Shown in pieces: positions 55,846 through 64,000 of a stretch of DNA of 64,000 nt. How positions within the stretch are numbered: position 1 is the stretch's first letter; every line of letters starts with the position of its first letter. The stretch is from assembly GCA_963815115.1 (NCBI GenBank), contig CAWFFN010000009.1:928001-992000 (forward strand), given 5' to 3'. The notes under the pieces are model-generated. The model was not told the DNA's origin, did not search any database, and saw nothing but the letters and a program-made list of their open reading frames with translations. The translations under genes and the position numbers were made by a program. This stretch comes from an uncultured delta proteobacterium (GTDB taxonomy: Bacteria > Desulfobacterota > Binatia > DP-6).

Positions 55846-57368
55846 GCGGTCGTCTCGATGCGGGGAAAGAGCGCTTCCGCGGGTCGCGTACGGTGGCCCG
55901 GGGGGAAGCTGGTGCCCCAGCGCCGGTCGAGCGCGTCGAGATCGGTCTCCGGCAGCCCGAGAAAGCCCATCAGCCTGCGCGCGGTCTCGGGCAGGACGGG
56001 GGCGACGAGCTGGGCGGTCGTGCGCAGCGCTTCGCACAGCTCGTGCAGGATGGCGCCGACGCGCGGCAGTCGCGCCTCGTCCTTCGCCAGGCGGAACGGC
56101 GCCGTCTCGGTGACGTACTTGTTGGCGTGGTCGAGCGCGCGCCAGATCGTTTCGAGCGCACGATGGAAGGCGAGCTGTGCGACGTGCGCGTCGACGTCGA
56201 GGCGCGCGGTCGCGAAGGCCTCACGCAGGGCGAGGTCGGGCGCCTCGGGTGCCGGCGGCTGCACGACGCCCCCGAAGTAACGCTGCTGCATGGCGAGCAC
56301 GCGGCTCGCGAGGTTGCCGAGGCCGTTCGCCAGGTCCGCGTTCAGCCGCGTCACGAGGGCCGCCTCGCTGAAGTCGGCGTCCTGGCCGAAGGCCATCTCC
56401 CGCAGCAGGAAGTAGCGGAAGACGTCTCCGCCGTAGCGCGACTGCATCTCCAGCGGCCGGACCACGTTCCCCAGGCTCTTGGACATCTTGGCGCCGTCCC
56501 GCGTCCAGTAGCCGTGGACGTGCAGCGCGCGGAAGAGCGGCAGCTCGGCCGCCATGAGCATGGTCGGCCAGTAGATGGCGTGCGTCTTCACGATGTCCTT
56601 GCCGATGAGATGGCGCACGTGGGGCCAGAGCTCGGGGCGCCCGGCGGATTCGACGGCGCTCACGTAGCTCAGAAGCGCGTCGAACCACACGTAGGTGACG
56701 AAGCGATCGTCGAAGGGCAGGTCGATGCCCCAGTCGAGCCGTGTCTTGGGGCGCGAGATGCAGAGATCGCCGATCGGCTCCCGCAGCATGGCCAGCACCT
56801 CGCGACGGTAGCCGTCCGGCGTGATGCGCTCGGGCTCCGCCTCGTAGAGCGCCAGGACCCGCTCCTGGTACTTCTGCATGCGGAAGAAGTAGTTCTCCTC
56901 CGCGATCTCCGTCGGGGCCGTTCGGTGGTCGGGGCAGACCCCGTCGACCAGCTCACGCTCCTGATAGAAGCGCTCGCAGCCGAGGCAGTAGAGCCCGCGG
57001 TAGGAGTCGAAGTAGATGTCGCCGCGCGCGTGAATCTCACGCAGGATGCGCTGCACGAAGGCGACGTGCGCCGGATCGGTGGTGCGGACGAACCAGCCGA
57101 CCTGGAGCCCGAGCTGCTCCCAGGTGGCGCGGAAGACGGCGCTGACGCGATCGGTGAACGCCTTCGGCGGGACGCCCTCGCGAGCCGCCGCCTGCGCGAT
57201 CTTGTCGCCGTGCTCGTCGGTGCCGGTGACGAAGAACGCGTCGCGCCCCCGCTGGCACCAGAAGCGCACCAAGACGTCCGCCACCACGGTCGTGTACGCG
57301 CTCCCCAGATGGGGCTGGTCGTTCACGTAGTAGATCGGCGTGGTGAAGTAGAGCGGCTCGTCAGGCAT
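55842..57368 (-). CDS. metG: Methionyl-tRNA synthetase (short form, no C-terminal dimerisation domain)
   Basis: TTPIYYVN..PHLGS, TGTDEHG, YVWFDAL, KMSKSLGN. Confidence 0.96.
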   Translation of the reverse strand: MPDEPLYFTTPIYYVNDQPHLGSAYTTVVADVLVRFWCQRGRDAFFVTGTDEHGDKIAQAAAREGVPPKAFTDRVSAVFRATWEQLGLQVGWFVRTTDPAHVAFVQRILREIHARGDIYFDSYRGLYCLGCERFYQERELVDGVCPDHRTAPTEIAEENYFFRMQKYQERVLALYEAEPERITPDGYRREVLAMLREPIGDLCISRPKTRLDWGIDLPFDDRFVTYVWFDALLSYVSAVESAGRPELWPHVRHLIGKDIVKTHAIYWPTMLMAAELPLFRALHVHGYWTRDGAKMSKSLGNVVRPLEMQSRYGGDVFRYFLLREMAFGQDADFSEAALVTRLNADLANGLGNLASRVLAMQQRYFGGVVQPPAPEAPDLALREAFATARLDVDAHVAQLAFHRALETIWRALDHANKYVTETAPFRLAKDEARLPRVGAILHELCEALRTTAQLVAPVLPETARRLMGFLGLPETDLDALDRRWGTSFPPGHRTRPAEALFPRIETTA

Positions 57369-58182
57369 CAGGGCGCCGCGCGACCAGGTCCTCGAGGGTG
57401 GCCTCCACCTGCGTGCCGTCGTCGGCGCGCCGCACCATCACGGTCTGCTTGAGGAGGTTGTGGGCGATGACCTGCCCGTTCCCCTTGACGCTCTCCACCT
57501 GGGTGCCGATCGCGGGCAGGCTGCGGCGCATCTCGAGATAGGTCTGGTACTCGTAGCGCATGCAGCACTTGAGCCGGCCGCACTGGCCGGCGAGCTTGGA
57601 CGGGTTGAGCGCCAGGCCCTGCGCTTTCACCATCTTCACCGACACGGGCTGGAATTCGCGCAGCCAGGACGAGCAGCAGAGCTCCCGTCCACACACCCCG
57701 AGCCCGCCTGCCACCTTCGCCTCGTCACGGGCGCCGATCTGCTTCACCTCCACCCGGGTGTGCAGGCTGTCGGCGATGCGGCGGGCGACCTCGCGTAGAT
57801 CCAGTCGATCCTCGGCGGCGACGAACGCCGTCACCTTGCTGCCGTCGAGCGCGCTCTCGACCTTGACCAGCTTCCGCGACGTGTCACGCCCCAGGATGTC
57901 GAGCACGGTGCGTTGCAGCTCGCGCTCGCGCTGGAGGTTGCGGTCCTCGCGTGCAAGGTCCCGGGCATCGGCCTTCTTCACCACGCGATGCAGCGGCCGG
58001 TTCGCCGGACGGCGGTAGGGCGGCACCACCACGGTGCCCAGGCTCGGCCCGCGCTCGGTCTCCACCAGCACCCGGTCGTCGCGCCGGAGCTGCAACGCGC
58101 CGGGGTCGAAGTCGTAGATCTGGCCCGCCGGCCTGAACCGGATGCCGACGACCCAGGGATGACCTAGCGGCTGCTCGTCCAT
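57361..58182 (-). CDS. ricT: PSP1/RicT (YaaT)-domain protein
   Basis: QIGARDEAK..GGLGVCGRELCC, KLAGQCGRLKCCMRYE. Confidence 0.92.
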   Translation of the reverse strand: MDEQPLGHPWVVGIRFRPAGQIYDFDPGALQLRRDDRVLVETERGPSLGTVVVPPYRRPANRPLHRVVKKADARDLAREDRNLQRERELQRTVLDILGRDTSRKLVKVESALDGSKVTAFVAAEDRLDLREVARRIADSLHTRVEVKQIGARDEAKVAGGLGVCGRELCCSSWLREFQPVSVKMVKAQGLALNPSKLAGQCGRLKCCMRYEYQTYLEMRRSLPAIGTQVESVKGNGQVIAHNLLKQTVMVRRADDGTQVEATLEDLVARRPDA

Positions 58183-59177
58183 GCGGCGACTCGATCGGGG
58201 CCGCGCTCGAGCCGTCGCAGGACCAGCAGCAAGGTCTCGAAAGCAAGCACCCGGTTGGCGTTTCGTTCGATGAAGTCGACCGTATCACAGACCGCGTCGA
58301 GTTGGCGAAGCACGCCGTCGAGCGAGGACCGGGCCGCGGTCGCCCGGAGCCGTGCCTCGACGTCGGCATTGTGCACGGGGCCGGCTCCGCCGGCGACGAT
58401 CCCGAGAAGGTCGCGGTACCACGACACCAGGGTGTCGAGCGCGGACTCGACCTCGCCCCGGGCGAGGGTCTGGGCCAGGGCGGACAGATCGGCGGCGGAG
58501 AGCTCGGGCAGGCGCCCGAGCCGCTCGAGCAAACGGGCGCGCTGCTCGGCGTGCGGGTCGTCGCGCAGCGCGAGCGCTCGTCCCGGCGACCCGCCAGCTC
58601 GTGCGAGCAGCAGGGGGGCCTGGTCGGGCGGCACCCCGTGCCGTTCGAGGACCAGCGTCATCTCCGGGTCGGCGAGCGGGTCGAGCCGGACGTGCTGGCA
58701 GCGCGAGCGCACCGTGGGAAGAAGGAGGGAGAGGCGGGTCGCGATCAAAACCAGCACGGAGGCCCCCGGCGGCTCCTCGAGGGTCTTCAGGAAGGCGTTC
58801 TGGCCGTGCTCGTTGAGCGTATCGGCTCCGTCCACGATGGCGACCTTGCGTGCCGCCATCAGGGGGCGGAGCGTGAGCCAGCGGGTCAGGTCCCGCACCT
58901 GCTCGGTGCGCATGTCGCGCCGGTCGTCGTCGCGGACGAGCACGCGCACGTCGGGGTGGGTGCCCGCTGCCACCCGGCTGCACTGACCGCAGGTGCCGCA
59001 GGCCTCGCCGGCGGTGCGCACGCACAGCAGCTCGGTCGCAAAGGCGTCGGCCAGCGCGCGCTTGCCCACCCCGGCCGGTCCCGAGATGCAGTATGCCGCC
59101 GCGACACGTCCCTGGACCACGGCCCGGCGGAGACGGCGAACCGCCGCCTCGTGGCCGATCACGTCGGCGAAGGTCAT
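58164..59177 (-). CDS. holB: DNA polymerase III subunit delta'
   Basis: GPAGVGK, CGTCGQC, HPDV, QNAFLKTLEEPP, LLPTVRSRC. Located between tmk and ricT. Confidence 0.93.
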   Translation of the reverse strand: MTFADVIGHEAAVRRLRRAVVQGRVAAAYCISGPAGVGKRALADAFATELLCVRTAGEACGTCGQCSRVAAGTHPDVRVLVRDDDRRDMRTEQVRDLTRWLTLRPLMAARKVAIVDGADTLNEHGQNAFLKTLEEPPGASVLVLIATRLSLLLPTVRSRCQHVRLDPLADPEMTLVLERHGVPPDQAPLLLARAGGSPGRALALRDDPHAEQRARLLERLGRLPELSAADLSALAQTLARGEVESALDTLVSWYRDLLGIVAGGAGPVHNADVEARLRATAARSSLDGVLRQLDAVCDTVDFIERNANRVLAFETLLLVLRRLERGPDRVAAWTSSR

Positions 59178-59803
59178 CGTTCCCCGTCGAGCGCGCGCAG
59201 GGCCTCGGTCCGGATGCGCTCCCCGACGACGGCGGTCGACGCCGTCGTGTCGATGAGCCGATAGCGCTCCGGCGCCGCCGCGGCGAGGGCGTGGAAGCCA
59301 CGGCGCACCGCCTCGTGGAAGGCGAGCGCCTCCTGCTCGAAGCGGTCGCCCGCGCCGGAGCGGGCGTGGGCACGCGCGAGCCCGGTGGAAGGGGGACAGT
59401 CGAGCAGAAGGGTGAGGTCCGGCTCGAGACCACGGTGTGCCTCGGCATCGAGCGCGCGGACCGTCGCCAGGTCGAGACCGCGCCCGTATCCCTGGTAAGC
59501 GATCGTCGAGTCCGAGAAGCGATCGCACAGGACGATCCGTCCCGCGGCGAGCGCCGGACGGATGACCTCGGAGACATGCTGCGCGCGGTCGGCGCAGTAG
59601 AGGAGGAGCTCGGCGAGCGGGTCCGGGGGTGTGGCGGATGGCCGGAGCAGCAGATCCCGCAGCGAGCGGCCGAGGGCAGTGCCGCCGGGCTCGCGCGTCT
59701 CCACCACTTCACGGCCGGCCGAGCGCAGGGCCGCCGCGAGCAAGCGAAGGTGGGTCGACTTGCCGGAGCCCTCGATGCCTTCGAAGGTGACGAAGAGGGA
59801 CAA
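59174..59803 (-). CDS. tmk: Thymidylate kinase
   Basis: FVTFEGIEGSGKST, TREPGGT, LCDRFSDSTIAYQGYGRG. Confidence 0.96.
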   Translation of the reverse strand: MSLFVTFEGIEGSGKSTHLRLLAAALRSAGREVVETREPGGTALGRSLRDLLLRPSATPPDPLAELLLYCADRAQHVSEVIRPALAAGRIVLCDRFSDSTIAYQGYGRGLDLATVRALDAEAHRGLEPDLTLLLDCPPSTGLARAHARSGAGDRFEQEALAFHEAVRRGFHALAAAAPERYRLIDTTASTAVVGERIRTEALRALDGER

Positions 59804-59862
59804 AGTGCCGGGCTCCTAGCCCCGCGCGGCCTTCCGACGCAACCCGTGCCTCGATCGGCGAG

Positions 59863-60243
59863 TCATTCGGGGAACTCTCGACCGAGGACCAGGCCCATCG
59901 CGTGCAGGAGCTGGCGCGGAGAGAACGGTCTCGGCAGATAGTAGTCGGCGCCGAACTTGTACCCCTCCAGGAGGGCGTCGTCGTCTACGCCACTCGCCAT
60001 CAGGATCACGGGAACGCCGGCGTGCTGGGGATTGGAGCGGATGCGGTCGAGGACCTCCATGCCGCCCATCGGTGTCATGTGGACCTCCAGCAGGACCAGG
60101 TCGGGACGGCGCGACTCGAGCGTATCGAGCGCAGTGGGGCCGTCGCGGACGTGCTCCACGTCCAGGCCGCGTCCCTCCAGTGCCGCGCTGGTCGCGCGCG
60201 AGCTGTCCGCACGATCGTCGACCACCAGGACCCGCGGCCTCAT
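59863..60243 (-). CDS. Single-domain response regulator, atypical (phospho-Asp replaced by Glu)
   Basis: VLVVDD...PDLVLLEVHM...GADYYLPRPF. Confidence 0.88.
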   Translation of the reverse strand: MRPRVLVVDDRADSSRATSAALEGRGLDVEHVRDGPTALDTLESRRPDLVLLEVHMTPMGGMEVLDRIRSNPQHAGVPVILMASGVDDDALLEGYKFGADYYLPRPFSPRQLLHAMGLVLGREFPE

Positions 60244-60282
60244 GAGCGATGGGCGGAGGCGCCACCCGCACGGGGCCGGCGC

Positions 60283-61311
60283 TCACGACGCGTCACGCAT
60301 GCTCGCGAGGATTGCTCGACGCGGCAGCGGCAGCAGGCCGTCCGCCGCTTCCACCGCCGCTCCGTCCGCGGCGACGCGCGCCTCGCCGTCGATCGCGAGC
60401 GTCGCCCCGTCGCCGAGCCACACCGCGCCAGCGATGTCGAGACGCGCTGCGCTCGCGACTCGGATGCCTGCGGATGCGACAACCACGCCACTAAACTCGA
60501 ATGTTCCGGTGATGTCGAGGAGCCCGTCGACGAAGAGCAGGCCCTGGCCGCGGCCGAGCGACGCGACGTGCAGGTCGCCGGCGATCAGGGTCAGGGCGAG
60601 CGGCGGTGTGCCGGCTGCGACCAGCGTGCCGCCGGGTGCCGCCCCGGCGGCACGCGCGCGCGCCGCGAGCTCCGCCAGCGGAGGCGGTGGCACGCGCAGC
60701 GGCGACCTTGCGGGCGGAGGCACGACGACGGAAGCGGCACGTCCGGTGAGCCACGCGTCGAGCGTCGTGGGGTCGGCGGGTGCGGCGAGCGGAGCGAGCG
60801 GCGACGCTGGTCGTGCGGCGTCCGCTCCGGAGAGCGTGAGCGAGCCGTGAACGTCGTCGAGGCCGGCGGTGTCGGAGAGCCAGAGCAGGGCAGGGACGCC
60901 CGCCTCCGGCGAGCGTCCGACGACCGCGTCGACGGTGCGCCGCCCTCCGCCAGCGGTCGCCTCTATCCTCAGCACGGCACGTGCGGGATCGAGGGGACCC
61001 GGCGCCGCGCTCACCACTGCCGCGCAGCCAGCCGGGGCTGGCCGGCCGCCGTCGTCGGCCGTTCCGGCCACGCCGTCCGGCCCGAGGACGAGCGCATCGA
61101 AGCGCCAGCCCGCCGGCAACCCCGACACGACCTCTGCCGCGCACCCGTCGGCGGCGGCAAGGGCAGCGGCGGCCGATTCGCGGTTGCGGGCAAGCAGGAT
61201 CTCCGTGCGCGCGAGCGTGGACAGCGATGCCGACACGATCGCCGCAACGGCAACGATCGCCAGTGCCGCCGGCAACGCGGAGCCGCGCCGGGAGCGCCGC
61301 GGCCCCCTCAT
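60283..61311 (-). CDS. PilX-like type IV pilus assembly protein
   Basis: RRG/SALPAALAIV prepilin-like N-terminus without Glu5. Last gene of the minor-pilin run. Confidence 0.7.
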   Translation of the reverse strand: MRGPRRSRRGSALPAALAIVAVAAIVSASLSTLARTEILLARNRESAAAALAAADGCAAEVVSGLPAGWRFDALVLGPDGVAGTADDGGRPAPAGCAAVVSAAPGPLDPARAVLRIEATAGGGRRTVDAVVGRSPEAGVPALLWLSDTAGLDDVHGSLTLSGADAARPASPLAPLAAPADPTTLDAWLTGRAASVVVPPPARSPLRVPPPPLAELAARARAAGAAPGGTLVAAGTPPLALTLIAGDLHVASLGRGQGLLFVDGLLDITGTFEFSGVVVASAGIRVASAARLDIAGAVWLGDGATLAIDGEARVAADGAAVEAADGLLPLPRRAILASMRDAS

Positions 61312-61889
61312 CGAGCCCCCCGCAATGCGACCTCGGCACGTCGGACCGCGGGCGCACCGCCCTGCGCGGTCTCCACCGCCAGATCGAGGACCACGCGCCG
61401 GACCCGTGCCCGATCCGCCGCAGAGAGCTCGGCCATCCCCGCGGCAATCTCGACACCGTCGTCGTCGAGGTAGAGGAGCTCGCAGCGTGCGAGGGGCGCT
61501 GCGATGGGCAGCGACTGCGCTCCGATGACGCGGGAGAGGCGGGACGGGGACGCCGCGCAGACCCAGCGCGTGACCTCCTCGGATGCCGGGTCGACCGTGC
61601 CGTCCGCGTCGAGATCGGCGGCGAGCGTGAGCTGGTCGGTCCCCGCAGCCTGCAGCGGGTCGATGCCGACGCCGGCCGGATCGAAGCCCGCTCGGCGCAC
61701 GTCGAAGCGGAACGCCTCCACCGCCAGCTCGGCCGTGTCCTCCACCTCGGCCCGGCCGCCCAGCGAGCCGAGCAGGCGCGCCGCCGCTGCCACCGCGCCC
61801 ACGCAGGCGCCGAGCACCAGCAGCGCGAGGGCGGAGCCGACCAGGAGCTCGACCAGGGTTACGCCGCGGCAGCCGGCGCGCGCGCTCAT
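61308..61889 (-). CDS. PilW-like minor pilin
   Basis: RG/VTLVELLVG, DVRRAGFDP. Confidence 0.8.
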   Translation of the reverse strand: MSARAGCRGVTLVELLVGSALALLVLGACVGAVAAAARLLGSLGGRAEVEDTAELAVEAFRFDVRRAGFDPAGVGIDPLQAAGTDQLTLAADLDADGTVDPASEEVTRWVCAASPSRLSRVIGAQSLPIAAPLARCELLYLDDDGVEIAAGMAELSAADRARVRRVVLDLAVETAQGGAPAVRRAEVALRGAR

Positions 61890-62215
61890 GGGAAGGCTCC
61901 ACTCTCGAGCTCGACGCGACCGCCGGGCCATGTGACCTCGACGTGGAGGCGATCGGCGCCTCCGCGGCCGTCGTCCACCTGCCACGCCCGGGAGAAGCGG
62001 GTACCTGTGCTCTCCACCTCGTCCGCGTCGCTGGCACGCGGACCGGCACGGAGACCCTCCAGGCGAGCGGCGGCGAGCTCGAGCGCGCAGACGCGGTCGC
62101 GTGCCAGACGCACGTGGGACACGCTGGCCGCAGCAGCCGCGGTGAGGGCGGCCAGCGCGATCGCCGTCAGCATGAGCCCGACGAGCGCCTCGACGACGGA
62201 AAAGCCCGCCCTCAT
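61886..62215 (-). CDS. PilV-like minor pilin
   Basis: AG/FSVVEALVGLML...VEVTW. Confidence 0.8.
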   Translation of the reverse strand: MRAGFSVVEALVGLMLTAIALAALTAAAAASVSHVRLARDRVCALELAAARLEGLRAGPRASDADEVESTGTRFSRAWQVDDGRGGADRLHVEVTWPGGRVELESGAFP

Positions 62216-62640
62216 TGGACGCGAACCCGACCGCGCTGATTGACCACCACGCGGCGGAGCACGCCACCGGCGCCGAGGATCACGGTGGCGTTGTCCGCGG
62301 TGCCGATCGCGCTGAAGCGAACGCGACGGTTCGCGGGAAGGCCGGCGAAGGTGACGCCGGGCGGGAGCACCTCCCGCGCGATCGAGGGGCCGTTTGGCTC
62401 CTGCATCTCCCAGCGGTTGCCGCCTTCGTCGAAGAGGATCTCGACGGGACCGCCGCGCTCGAGGGCTCGTCCGCGCGCCTGCCGGAGCGCGGCCGACAGC
62501 CGATGGGCGGTACCGCTGAGCCGCACGCCGGCCATGATCTCCGGCACCCGGAGCGCTCCGCTACCGGCGATCGTCGCCAGCAGCGCGAGACAGACGACAA
62601 GCTCGAGCAAGCTGGCTCCCTGCATGCGAACCATCTGCAC
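62212..62640 (-). CDS. FimT/GspH-like minor pilin
   Basis: QG/ASLLELVVCLALL, LRQARGRA, VVVNQRGRVR. Start could be 62625-62640. Confidence 0.8.
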   Translation of the reverse strand: MQMVRMQGASLLELVVCLALLATIAGSGALRVPEIMAGVRLSGTAHRLSAALRQARGRALERGGPVEILFDEGGNRWEMQEPNGPSIAREVLPPGVTFAGLPANRRVRFSAIGTADNATVILGAGGVLRRVVVNQRGRVRVQ

Positions 62641-62682
62641 CTCCGCGGGCGGGAGGATTGCCGTGGGCGAATTGGTGGAACT

Positions 62683-63576
62683 TCAGCCGGGGCGCACCCA
62701 CGTCCACGGCAGGGTGACCCCTGGAACGAAGAGCGCGACCGCGGCGCCCAGCGCCAGGAAGGGGCCGAACGGAATGGCGGTCCGGCGTGCGGCACGCCTC
62801 CAGTGCACCGCGACCGCCGTCGTCCCGAGCACGCGCCGCACCCTGCGCGCCGCCTCGCGACCATGGCGGTTGAGAAGCACCGTCAGCCCGGCGAAGGTTC
62901 CGGCCAGCGACGCCACCACGAGCACCACCGGGATCGCCTGCCAGCCGAGGAACGCGCCGATCATGGCGAGCAGCTTGGCGTCGCCGAGTCCAAGACCCTC
63001 GACCCCGGTGGCACGCTCGTAGGTGGCGGCCACCGCCCAGAGGAGTCCCCCGCCGAGGCACACTCCCGCGAGGGCATCCCACAGGCTCGCACCACCGGGG
63101 ATCAGCGCCGACGCGGCGAGGCCCACGAGTATGCCAGGCAGGCTGACCGCATCTGGAATGATGAGGTGATCGAGGTCGACGACGGAGATCAGGAGGAGGG
63201 CCGCCGTGAAGGCGAACGCGACCACTCCCCATGGCGTGGATCCGAAGCGCGCCAGCGAGAGCACCGCCAGAATGCCCGTCGCCGCCTCGACCAGCGGATA
63301 GCGGGCGGAGATGGACGCGCCGCAGCTCCGGCAGCGCGCACGCAACCAGAGCCAGGACAGGAGCGGCACGTTGTCGTACCACGCGATCGGGGCGGCGCAG
63401 GCCGGACAACGGGATCCCGGCCACACCACCGATTCCTCCCGCGGCAGCCGGCGGATGCAGACGTTGAGGAAGCTCCCGACGCTCAGCCCGATCAGGAAGG
63501 CGACAGGGTAGAGGGTCCAGTCGCCGGCGCGGGCAGCGTCGGGAGGCGGCGGCATGCGGTGCGCTGTGCCTTTCAC
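62683..63576 (-). CDS. pilD: Prepilin peptidase/N-methyltransferase
   Basis: GSFLNVCIRRLP, SRCPAC, NVPLLSWL, CRSC, YPLVE, GLGDAKL, PFGPFLA. Start may lie slightly downstream. Confidence 0.95.
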   Translation of the reverse strand: MKGTAHRMPPPPDAARAGDWTLYPVAFLIGLSVGSFLNVCIRRLPREESVVWPGSRCPACAAPIAWYDNVPLLSWLWLRARCRSCGASISARYPLVEAATGILAVLSLARFGSTPWGVVAFAFTAALLLISVVDLDHLIIPDAVSLPGILVGLAASALIPGGASLWDALAGVCLGGGLLWAVAATYERATGVEGLGLGDAKLLAMIGAFLGWQAIPVVLVVASLAGTFAGLTVLLNRHGREAARRVRRVLGTTAVAVHWRRAARRTAIPFGPFLALGAAVALFVPGVTLPWTWVRPG

Positions 63577-63625
63577 GGCTAGCAGCTCCCTTCAACGGGT
63601 CAGTCACGACGGGAGCGCGGGCGCA

Positions 63626-64000
63626 TCAGGTGGCGGCGCAGACGAGGTTCGGGTTGCCGGGTCCCGGATTGCTCGTGTAGGTGCACTGGAAGTTGGGAGC
63701 ACCCGCATGCGTGCCGGTGATCGTGAAGCTCGTCGCGTTCCCGGTGCAGGTGAGATTGACGCCATCGGATTTGGTGAAGCCGGGCAGCGCGGTGCAGTCG
63801 CTCGCATAGGCGTTCGTCTCCGCGAAATATGCTTCCTCGGCGGTGGCGGCGTTGCGTGAGTCGGACTCGATGCGTGCCCGAAACGCCCGCTCGCGATAGG
63901 CCCCGAACTGCGGGATGGCGATCGCTGCCAGGATGCCGATGATCGCCACCACCACGAGGAGCTCGATCAACGTGAAGCCCGCCGTCCGTCGCCAGTATCC
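63626..64000 (-). CDS. pilA: Type IVa major pilin (leader truncated by window edge)
   Basis: Frame open from 64000: GYWRRTAG/FTLIELLVVVAIIGILAAIAIPQFGAYR. Mature protein 116 aa with 4 Cys. Confidence 0.9.
   Translation of the reverse strand, partial: GYWRRTAGFTLIELLVVVAIIGILAAIAIPQFGAYRERAFRARIESDSRNAATAEEAYFAETNAYASDCTALPGFTKSDGVNLTCTGNATSFTITGTHAGAPNFQCTYTSNPGPGNPNLVCAAT

Noticed and set aside
55030-59803. tmk-holB-ricT-metG-tatD run
   Set aside because: Widely conserved housekeeping gene order, not novel.

Overview
This is a gene-dense, high-GC bacterial chromosome segment. Gene content and order look deltaproteobacterial or Ca. Binatia-like (inference). I found about 60 genes and no rRNA, tRNA, CRISPR array or intact mobile element. 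From left to right: proS-pyrF, phaR-like, USP and fur; then a Fur-box-controlled operon (di-heme cytochrome c-FTR1 fusion, FMN-binding protein, ApbE, His-rich membrane protein, a 57-aa Com-like Cys4 zinc-ribbon gene missing from the ORF track, a repeat/hairpin leader, a porin-like protein and an atypical MauG/CCP-family di-heme protein). Next come ChaN-PDZ and an M1 peptidase, two Thr-type sulfatase-fold/TPR lipoproteins, a GH63-like glucosidase and a secreted lipase. An acyclic-terpene (atuA-F-like) pathway is scattered among a glycan-modification cassette, a diiron protein and a large LRR protein. The right end holds ahpC (PerR-like box), bfr and an unannotated bfd (second Fur box), tatD-metG-ricT-holB-tmk, a pseudo-receiver and a type IV pilus locus. 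The best candidate for an undescribed system is the Fur-regulated heme/flavin iron-uptake operon with its internal Com-like zinc-ribbon protein and RNA switch. Two apparent frameshifts (about 17215 and 26790) may be assembly errors. All family calls come from motif recognition, not database searches.
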